This document shows positions 1-8,600 of a DNA stretch of 32,577 nucleotides, piece after piece. The notes beneath the pieces were generated by a model, which searched no databases, was not told the DNA's origin, and saw only the letters and a program-made list of their open reading frames with translations. Within the stretch, counting starts at the first letter, position 1. Every line of letters begins with the position of its first letter. The translations under genes were made by a program, and so were the position numbers. The stretch spans positions 1 through 32,577 of IMG/VR virus record IMGVR_UViG_3300027808_000098, one strand, 5' to 3'. Source of the DNA: a virus (taxonomy: Duplodnaviria; Caudoviricetes).

Positions 1-2
1 GG

Positions 3-2192
3 CTGTACGAAGCCAACTTCCTTAAGAGTCTTCTGCCAACCATCATTGGTGCAATCCTTACTCCGCTTACTGGCGGTCTCATCAACCCGTTAACCGCTGG
101 CTTGATTGTTGGTGGCGTTGAGGGTGTCCGTACCGGTGACATTGGTAAGGGCCTCATGGCTGGCCTTGGCGCATACGGTGGCGCAGGTCTTAGTACCGCT
201 CTTGCTGGTGCCGGTCTTGCTGGTGCCGCTCCTGCCGCTGTTGGTGCCGCTCCTGCCGCTACTGGCGCTGCTGGCGCTGCTGCTGCTGCTGGCACTGAAG
301 CTGGCTTTACTGCCGCTGCTGATGTAGCTGCAAAAGAAGTTGCAAAAGAAGCTGCAAAGACAGCCGCTCAGAAAGCACTAGAGCAACAAACCTTACGAGA
401 GGCAGGGACAAAAAGCATTCAGGCCGCTGTTGCTAAAGGACCGGGAATGTTTGCGTCCACTCCAAATGTTTCTTTTTCTAACATTGGTAAAGGTTTTGGT
501 CAAATATTTGGTAAATCTGGAGGCACTGGTTCACTCGCGGGGCTTAGCGGCACTGACGTAGCACGGTCTGCACTGGGCACTGCAAATTTGGCCCAAAAGG
601 CAGGTGTTACCTCTGCCGGTATCAGTGCGCTTACTCCTGAAATGAAACGACCTAAAAACTCACCCATTGACACGTCGTACTATCAGTCATATGGCTATGA
701 CCCCGATGAGGGTAAGTTCCTTGGTGGTGAGTGGAAGAAGGATTATCCCGGCTTGGAAGGCTATGCTGAGGGCGGTGATGTAAAGAAGGATGAACCCCCG
801 CCTCCGCAGGCTCCGGCTGGCACCGCGGCTAACCTTGAAGACTACATGTCGCAACTGAATAAGTTTGTTGCGTCTCCTGTTGCTGCACCGCCGAAAAAGA
901 CTCCCCCGCCTGTTACTACGCCGCCTCCAAACCCCGGTCGTCCAAATAGGGATGATTTTGACGGCGTTGATTTTTCTGGTATTGATTTTGGGAATTTTAT
1001 GGGCGGCGGGATGAACGGCCTTGCTGGCATCATGGGCAACAATTATCGAGGAAACGATAGCCGTATGCAGTGGGACCCGGACACTGGGTCTTTTACTAAG
1101 CCGGGCACGCGCACGTCGCAACAGCCTCCGCCTGCCACTACGCCCCCTGCGTACAACCCGATTAATTATTCAGGCCGACCTGTTCGCGGCGATGACAGTG
1201 ACATGGGCGGCTATGGCGGCGGCTTTGACATGGGCGGCAGCAGTGGCGACTTTGACATGGGCGGCAACATGGGTAGTAGAGGTGGTCCGCAAACGACCTC
1301 GATGGGAGACGGGATGTATGGCCCAACTACCGGCAATCAACGGATAGAAATGGGTGACATGCGCGATCCTCGTGATATGCAGGACGACATGGTGAGTATT
1401 AGCCCAATTGAGCGCGAGTACTACCCTTCAGAACCGGCGTATCAACCCCCGACTCCGTTCAGCGATCCTCGTGATATGCAGGACAATCCGTATCAGCCCC
1501 CGACTCCGTTTAACGAACCTCGTGAACTTACACCTGACCCCACTCCGTACTCGCCTCGTATCATCGAGGAAGAGCCTACGCCTTCGATGCGCCCTGAGCT
1601 ACCGCCGGGGTTTGGTTACGGGAGCTTTGGCAATATAAAACCTATAGTTGAACGAGCAGATCCGTCTGCATCTCCATTTGAGCTTTTGTCGCAGGGAAAT
1701 CCCATCAGTCCGTATGATGGTCGCTATGAACGACAAGTTCAGCCCGATAGAGAACCGCCCCAGAAGGTTTCTCCGTCGCAGGAAGAGCAGGTTTACGCAC
1801 AGCCTGATTTTGCTCAGGAACCCACGGAATACGGGCTTGGTCAGTTTGACCAGAACTACGATCAGTTTGGTAACGAGTACAACTTTGGGTTTGCCAAGGG
1901 TGGCGTAGCCAAGCGTAAGCGTAAACAGCGGCTTGTTGGGGGCAAGTTGGTCACCGGTAAAGGCGACGGCATGTCTGACAGCATCAAGGCCAATATTAGT
2001 GGTAAGCAGGAAGCCCGGTTAACGGATGGCGAATTTGTTATTCCTGCTGATGTAGTCTCTCACCTCGGCAATGGCTCTACCAATGCTGGGTCCAAAAGAC
2101 TCTACGATATGATGGCAAAGGTTCGTAAGGCTCGTACTGGACGGGCACAACAGTCCCCGCAGGTAGATGTTGATAGGTACTTACCTAGATGA
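3..2192 (+). CDS. 5'-truncated virion/internal protein with AxGG motifs and a conserved C-terminal domain (putative ejection-type protein)
   Basis: The frame is open from nt 3 (LYEANFLKSLLPTIIGA...), so the real start lies left of the window. It has a Gly/Ala-rich hydrophobic N-part, YAEGG (762) and FAKGG (1890) motifs, a Pro-rich middle and a C-terminal GKGDGMSDSI...ARLTDGEFVIPADVVSHLGNGS segment typical of phage virion proteins. Confidence 0.7.
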   Translation: MYEANFLKSLLPTIIGAILTPLTGGLINPLTAGLIVGGVEGVRTGDIGKGLMAGLGAYGGAGLSTALAGAGLAGAAPAAVGAAPAATGAAGAAAAAGTEAGFTAAADVAAKEVAKEAAKTAAQKALEQQTLREAGTKSIQAAVAKGPGMFASTPNVSFSNIGKGFGQIFGKSGGTGSLAGLSGTDVARSALGTANLAQKAGVTSAGISALTPEMKRPKNSPIDTSYYQSYGYDPDEGKFLGGEWKKDYPGLEGYAEGGDVKKDEPPPPQAPAGTAANLEDYMSQLNKFVASPVAAPPKKTPPPVTTPPPNPGRPNRDDFDGVDFSGIDFGNFMGGGMNGLAGIMGNNYRGNDSRMQWDPDTGSFTKPGTRTSQQPPPATTPPAYNPINYSGRPVRGDDSDMGGYGGGFDMGGSSGDFDMGGNMGSRGGPQTTSMGDGMYGPTTGNQRIEMGDMRDPRDMQDDMVSISPIEREYYPSEPAYQPPTPFSDPRDMQDNPYQPPTPFNEPRELTPDPTPYSPRIIEEEPTPSMRPELPPGFGYGSFGNIKPIVERADPSASPFELLSQGNPISPYDGRYERQVQPDREPPQKVSPSQEEQVYAQPDFAQEPTEYGLGQFDQNYDQFGNEYNFGFAKGGVAKRKRKQRLVGGKLVTGKGDGMSDSIKANISGKQEARLTDGEFVIPADVVSHLGNGSTNAGSKRLYDMMAKVRKARTGRAQQSPQVDVDRYLPR

Positions 2193-2635
2193 AGTTTGAC
2201 ATTACACTTGTGCCGTATGGTCAGATTACGTATTTAGTCCCGTCCTTAATTAAATACTTTAAAGAATCTGAAAGTTGGACCAAGGGCCGTGCGAGTGTTG
2301 ACGATATTGTTCGTTTTGCTTTAACTGGACAAATGCAATTATGGGTGGTGTTTGATTCAAAAAATAATGACGCTATCCACGGGTACGTCATGACTGAGAT
2401 TAAACAGTACCCACAAACTAAAATGTTAATAATTCAGTATTGTGCTATGGACCCTAACCACATGAAGTACGTTGATGACATCATGCACAATACTGCGGAC
2501 AAGTTTGCTAAAGATGTCGGTTGTGCAGGCATAGAATTCTACGGTCGCCCCGGTTGGGAGCCGCATGTTAAAAAACGCAATTACACCGTTAAGACGGTGA
2601 TATATGAAAAGCATTTTGACGAGGTAAAATCATGA
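2189..2635 (+). CDS. GNAT-like acyltransferase in the virion module (position analogous to T7 gp13 / P22 gp14)
   Basis: 148 aa with ATGA overlaps on both sides. The MQLWVVF...GYVMTEIKQYP...FAKDVGCAGIEFYGRPGWE pattern resembles phage GNAT-fold proteins. Confidence 0.65.
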   Translation: MKFDITLVPYGQITYLVPSLIKYFKESESWTKGRASVDDIVRFALTGQMQLWVVFDSKNNDAIHGYVMTEIKQYPQTKMLIIQYCAMDPNHMKYVDDIMHNTADKFAKDVGCAGIEFYGRPGWEPHVKKRNYTVKTVIYEKHFDEVKS

Positions 2636-3849
2636 GCAGCGGCGGCGGTTCTTCACAACCTACTTCACAAACAGTCACTCAGGTAACGATCCCACCTGAG
2701 TTGATGCCCTATGCCAAGAAAACCCTCGGCACGGCGGAAGATCTTGCATATAACCAGCCTTACCAGACTTATGGGGGTCAGCGGCTTGCTGGATTTAACC
2801 CGCTTCAGCAACAGGGAATAAGAGGCACGGCTGCGCTTGGTCCCACTTCGCAGATTGGACAAGCCTCGGGTCTTGCTGGACTTGTAGGGCAGGAGGCAGG
2901 GCAGTTGGGGTTGTCCTATCAACCAATGCAGTATCAACCAACCAACGTGTCGTACACGAGCACCCAAGCCCCGCAGTTGCAGCAGTATCAAATGGGCGGG
3001 CCTCAGCAGGTCGGTGCAGAACGGTTCGGTACGCAGGCCATGCAGGACTACATGTCACCCTATATGAGTGGTGTGGTTGAGCAGCAGAAGCGCGGCGCGA
3101 TGCAGGACTACGCTCGTCAGATGCCGGGGCTTCAGGCGCAGGGTATCCGTGCCGGTGCGCGTGGCGGTACCCGTGAAGCGTTGCTACAGTCGGAGGCCAA
3201 TCGAAACCTTCAGGGCCAGTTGCAGGGCATCGAGGCTACCGGTCGGCAACAGGCGTTTCAGCAGGCAGGGCAGCAGTTTGGTGCGGATCGTGCGGCTCAG
3301 ATGCAAGCGGCAATGGCTAATCAACAAGCCGGACTTACGTCTGGGCAGGCTAATCTTCAAGCGTTGCTTGGGACTCAACAGTTAGGTGCAAACCAAAGCC
3401 TTCAGTCGCAACAGCTTAATCAGGCCGCGCAGTTGCAAGCTCAGCAGCAGGCGCTTGGTCAAAATCAGTCCGCGCAGCAGGCGATGGAGCAGTCCCGGCA
3501 GTTTGGTGCGGGGCTTGGCATGCAAGGTCTCCAGCAGCAGTTGGCTGCCGCAGGTACGCTTGGTCAGTTGGGCCAGACTCAGTTTAATCAACAGCAGTTG
3601 GCATCGCAGGCTCAGCAGCAAGCCGGTGGGCAGATGCAGCAACTTGAACAGCAGCGTCTGCAGATGTCTTACGATGACTTCCTTAACCGTCAGCGGTACC
3701 CGTATCAGCAGCTTGGCTTTATGTCAGACTTGATTCGCGGTACGCCCACAGCCGGTGGCGTCCAGACTCTCTACGGCGCTCAGCCAAGTCCGCTCAATAC
3801 GGTGGCGGGTCTGGGTGCAATGTATTACGGCGCTCAGAGGGGTCAATAA
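2632..3849 (+). CDS. Gln/Gly/Ala-rich putative DNA ejection (pilot) protein
   Basis: 405 aa, starts MSSGGGSSQPT, very Q-rich with a helical composition. YMSPYMSGVV and YPYQQLGFMSDLIRG motifs; lies between the GNAT gene and larger internal proteins. Confidence 0.6.
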   Translation: MSSGGGSSQPTSQTVTQVTIPPELMPYAKKTLGTAEDLAYNQPYQTYGGQRLAGFNPLQQQGIRGTAALGPTSQIGQASGLAGLVGQEAGQLGLSYQPMQYQPTNVSYTSTQAPQLQQYQMGGPQQVGAERFGTQAMQDYMSPYMSGVVEQQKRGAMQDYARQMPGLQAQGIRAGARGGTREALLQSEANRNLQGQLQGIEATGRQQAFQQAGQQFGADRAAQMQAAMANQQAGLTSGQANLQALLGTQQLGANQSLQSQQLNQAAQLQAQQQALGQNQSAQQAMEQSRQFGAGLGMQGLQQQLAAAGTLGQLGQTQFNQQQLASQAQQQAGGQMQQLEQQRLQMSYDDFLNRQRYPYQQLGFMSDLIRGTPTAGGVQTLYGAQPSPLNTVAGLGAMYYGAQRGQ

Positions 3850-5609
3850 TGGCTAACAACCCAAATGCACTTGCGGGATTGACTGCGATCTCTCCTACGG
3901 TTTCTGCTTATCAAAACTTTGTTGAGCAGAAGGATAAGGTAAACGGTGCAAACATTATTCCGTTCCTTGTTTCACGTGGCGAACCCCAACTTGCAGGGTT
4001 GATTGCCAAGAAGCTTCGTATTGAAAATGCTGCTAGGACCCAGCAGCAAATGGCTCAGCAGCCCCCCGCTGCTCCGCCGACCGTAGCTCAGCAGTATGAT
4101 GCGGCACTTGCTCAACAGCAGGCACCAAGAATGCCGCAGGCCCCGATGGCTCCCCCTGCCCAGATGCCCCCCGCCGCCGCTGGCGTGGCCGCTATGCCGA
4201 ATCCTGCCATGGAGCGTGGGTTTGCTGGTGGTGGCATTGTGGCGTTTAGCGGCGAAGATGGCTCGCTTGTTAGAGGGAATAATTCCTACGAGTTTAACGA
4301 CGACTTGCTAAGCAATGTACCGAGCTTCATGACTGATACGACCGACATCGAATCTTTCGTGCGCAAGCAAATGTCGAACTATGACAAACTCAGCTTTGCT
4401 GAAAAACAAGAAGTCTTGAAGCGGTTTGACCCCGCTTATAAGGAAGCATATAGATCGTTGCAGACGTTGAAAGCTCGTAACGCTGCTCCTGCTTCTGCTA
4501 TTACCCCTGTTATTACCCCTGCTAAAGACTCTACTGCGGTGGTTGATCCCAGTGCTTTCAGGCGGGGCCCCGAGAACTTCATTGAAAAGGAACAGGATCT
4601 TAGCCGTATTCAGGAACGTCCGGCTACTGTTCCGGATGCCAATCTTGCTGCACCGGAGCGTCGGAATCAAGGTTCTGCGGTGCCCCGTGCGGTCGTACCT
4701 ACTGCGCCTAAGGACGACATGTTCACGCAGTTTGAGCGTCCCACGACTGATGTGGATACAGAGCGTGCTGCGCGTATTAAGCGTCAGCGTGATGCTAAGA
4801 CCGGCGAGTTTAGTCAGGCTGACGCGGACCTTGCTGCGTACGTCAAGGAGCAGAAAGCGCAGGGCGGCGATACCAAGGAAGCTTATCGCAACTTCTGGGT
4901 CATGGCCGGTGCTTCGCTGATGGCGAACAAGAGCCCATACTTCCTGCAGGGCCTTGGTGAAAGCATCAGGGACAACTACGGTGGTCTTGTCAACGATCTT
5001 AAGCAGCTTAAGGACGACACTAAGTCGCTTCGGCTGCAGGAGATTCAGCTTCGTCGTGCTCAGGAACAGGCGATGGAGTCCGGATCTAAAGCGGATCAAG
5101 ATCGCGTAGATAGGCTTAATGAAAAGGCCGACGCTACTAATCTTTCTATTGCAACCGCTCGGTCAGCCATTGAACAGAAAAATCTTGATCGTAGTCACAA
5201 CGTTGCTTTGGAAAAGCTGCGTGCTTCAAACAGGCCGCAGGACCGGAGCATGGCTCAGCAATTAATAGATATGTATGACGCCATACAGATAGAACCTGAT
5301 CCGGCCAAACGGCAGATTATGCAAAATGCTTATGAAAAGCGGATGGAGGCGGTGGAAAAAATTACTCGTGTTGCGACTGCAACAGGTTTAGGCGCAGATA
5401 TAAGAGAACAAATCGCAGCGGATGAGCGCGTAGCTAAGCTTAGTCAAAACAATACCCTATACAGAAGGGCTTCTCGCATAGCGCAAACTTCTACGGATCC
5501 TGCAGAACGTGCTAGGGCGCAAAAAACTATGCGTGATTTGGAACAACAGGCATTAGGAGATGTAGGGATGTCTGGTGGACCGTACTCGGTTAGCGGCTGG
5601 AACCAGTAA
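3849..5609 (+). CDS. Putative internal virion/ejection protein
   Basis: 586 aa with TAATG coupling, a Pro/Ala linker, a FAGGGIVAF motif (4221) and a coiled-coil-like C-half. Confidence 0.55.
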   Translation: MANNPNALAGLTAISPTVSAYQNFVEQKDKVNGANIIPFLVSRGEPQLAGLIAKKLRIENAARTQQQMAQQPPAAPPTVAQQYDAALAQQQAPRMPQAPMAPPAQMPPAAAGVAAMPNPAMERGFAGGGIVAFSGEDGSLVRGNNSYEFNDDLLSNVPSFMTDTTDIESFVRKQMSNYDKLSFAEKQEVLKRFDPAYKEAYRSLQTLKARNAAPASAITPVITPAKDSTAVVDPSAFRRGPENFIEKEQDLSRIQERPATVPDANLAAPERRNQGSAVPRAVVPTAPKDDMFTQFERPTTDVDTERAARIKRQRDAKTGEFSQADADLAAYVKEQKAQGGDTKEAYRNFWVMAGASLMANKSPYFLQGLGESIRDNYGGLVNDLKQLKDDTKSLRLQEIQLRRAQEQAMESGSKADQDRVDRLNEKADATNLSIATARSAIEQKNLDRSHNVALEKLRASNRPQDRSMAQQLIDMYDAIQIEPDPAKRQIMQNAYEKRMEAVEKITRVATATGLGADIREQIAADERVAKLSQNNTLYRRASRIAQTSTDPAERARAQKTMRDLEQQALGDVGMSGGPYSVSGWNQ

Positions 5610-8600
5610 TGCCTAGAAATGTAACCGTCTATTTTGCAGACGGTTCAAGGCACGAGTATCAAGGCGCGCCCGATGATGCTTCGCCTGAACAGATTGCTGC
5701 TCGGGCTGGTCGTGACTTTCAGGGCAAGCAGATCCGGCATCTTGAACGTGCCCCTGCTGCGGCTGCGGAGGCCACGCCTGAAGTTACACGCAACCCGTTC
5801 ATGGGGGCCGTGGCCCGTGGAGCAGAGCTTCTTGGGTCGGGTATTGAGACATTAGGCCGTGCTGGCGAAGCGATTGGCGATGTCATCGCTGAGAAGGCAC
5901 CGATCCTTGATACCCGGTTGATGGTTGACCGGGAAGGCATTCGCCTTGAGCGCCGGACTGAAGAAGATATCCGCGATAAAAATCAGTTACAGTACATGCA
6001 AAATTGGGCGGATAGCTTTAGGAACTGGGGCCGTGAGATCAACTACGAACCCAGCACCAAGTTAGGCGATCTTGCGGACAACCCACTGAACGCGGTGCCG
6101 TTCATCATCGAGCGTGTCATCGCTTCGTCTCCGGACATGGTTGCAGCGGCGGCTGCACTACCTGCTTATATTCCAACTCGCGCTAACGAGATCCTGAATG
6201 AGCGGTTGAAGAACGACGGCAGAACACTGTCGGAAACTACAATTGGTGATGTAGCGGCTGCAACAAGTGCGGCAGTAGTTGAAGGTACGTTGGAGCGGTT
6301 TGCTACACGGCGCTTAGTCAAGGAAGGTGCGGAAGCTGCTACAGCTACGCGACGTATCGGGAAAGAGGCAGGGGTACAGGCTGGTACTGAAGCCGTTGAA
6401 GAAGTCGGTGCTTATGCCGGTGAGACGGTGGGTACCCAAGCAGGGTTTGACCCACGCACAGCGGGGATGACGGCGCTTGAAGCCGCAATTGTGGGCGGTG
6501 GATTGGGTGCGGGCGTTCAGGGTGCGCGAGAAGTGTTTGGTGACCGTGAACAAGCTGCGCCCAAAGCCCCGCCTGAAGAGGCTCCGGATACTGAAGAAGA
6601 TCTTACGCCGGAGCAGTTGGCTCCCAAGACGGGTCGTGCTGCTCGGCCTTCGCCTGTCCGTGCTAAGACGTTGGATGAGCTGCGCGGGCAGCTACCCGCT
6701 GCGCCTGTTGTGCCGGAAAAGGCACGGAAAGAAAAGGCTCCGGTTGAACCTCGTGAGCCGATGGTGTTTGAGCGCATCAAGGAGCCGACGCCGGAGGCGC
6801 TGCAGGAAGCGGCTGAGTTTGTTGCGCAGTTCCCTGAAGGCAGTAAGAACTTCAATCTGTTCAAGGCCAAGTCCATCGCCAAGAAGCTTGGCTATGAGAA
6901 CATCCCGCAGAAGGGCGTGGGCCGGGTAGATATTGAGCCGTTGCTGCGTATGGCGGTAACTCCGCGTGAGACCATCATTCCGGCTGAAGATAAAGTGGTC
7001 GGGCAGAACGCCGCCGGAGAGCAGCTTTACGAGCGTCAGGATGGTAGTCAATACCGGATGCGGCTTGACAGAGCAGACCGCCCCACCGGGTACCCTGACT
7101 TTGGCGGGGACCTCGCCCCAATAGAAGCTTCGCCTAAAATTACTCCGCCGCCTGTGGCTGCTGCTCTCCCCGCTACGTCTGTTGATGCAGCTATACCTCA
7201 ATTTACTGCGCCTGTTGATTTTCGTCACACCATACTTACATCACCAAGTTACGATTTGGAAGCAGTGTCTCCGGAAGACGCGGATTTTGAGCTTGAAGTT
7301 TTGCAGCAGCAGGCTGAGCGTGGACGGCTTACTCCGCAAAATTTTGCTCAGTCAGAGATTGGCGTTCGACTTGATACGGCTCAAATAAATATAATCAACG
7401 CGGGGTTAAGGACTGATCCAGTAGGCACCGTTAAATCCTTACGAGAAAAACTTAAGCCCCCAGCTGCACCTACTGAAACAGCCACTTTATCTCCGGTTAC
7501 GCCTGCGGAGACGATTGAGGCGAAGGCTGCGGTAGAGGCTGATCCTGCTGCTGCCCCTGTTGCTCCGGCGGAGAAAGTTGCCACTCCAAGTGGACTTACG
7601 TTCACAACGGCAAAAGGATCAACGTATGCCGTCAACGACGACGGCACTACAACCCGCAGCAAAGCGGCGCGACCCGAACAACCCGGCGAAGAAGGTCTTC
7701 AGCCTACATCAAAGCGTACGGTATACGTCGATAAAGACGGTGCTGAAAGGCTGTCGGAAATTCAAACTCAGGGCGGGGCAAGAAAAACTCTGCGTTTTGA
7801 CGATGCTACGAATAGCGTGGCGGTTGGGTATCTCGACGGGAAAAGCGCAGGAAAAGTTGAACGCCGTACTGTTACCAAGTTTGCGACAGACCCCGCTATC
7901 GGGCTAACCCCTGTTGAATACTGGGGCGACAACAAAACCGTACACTTTGGTAACGAAATAACTAAAGTCACGCCTCCGGAGGCATCAAGTGAACCCGTAT
8001 CAACCCGTGCTGGAGAAGCTGTCGCTGGAGCAACTGCAGGAAGCCCTGCACTGCCTGTACAACGAGGAGTCCCCGCAGGACGAGAAGCTACAGAATCTAG
8101 AGTTTCAGGAGTGGAGCCTGCTCGCGGTGTTGCTGAGCGGGTTGATGAACGAGAAGAGGATGTATCCTCTGCACTGACGGAAGAGGCCACCCAAGTCCTT
8201 GAAGCCGCTCAAGAGCGCCCGACTCATACGTTGTCCGAGTCCGAGCAAGAGCTCGTTCATAATCGGCTTAGCGAGACTCAGAAGCGCGTCATTGCGCAAG
8301 AGTTTGGGCAGGACTCGTACAACGATGTAGCCAAGAGGGGTTTTCTTGAAGAAGTCATCAAGGGTGCCAATCAGGGCATCAAGGCCGTCCGTGCCCGGCT
8401 GCGTGGCATTGTCCGTGCAGTCATAGTTGCGTTGCTCTCAACGGGCGCAGTGTTTAACGCCTCAGCGTTCACTAATCTTGCGCCAAAGCCGATGCTTGTT
8501 GCTTCGGGTTCTACATTTAGAACTGCAGAAACAGTTAGACCCGTTCCGCCTGCCGAGGCGGCTGAAGCAATGTCTCCCGCTGCCCGTGCCGTCTACGAAC

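Noticed and set aside
4308-5099. Long antisense ORFs (e.g. 4308-5099, 9986-10678, 13961-14485, 26756-27301)
   Set aside because: Shadows of well-supported genes on the opposite strand, with no motifs or RBS.
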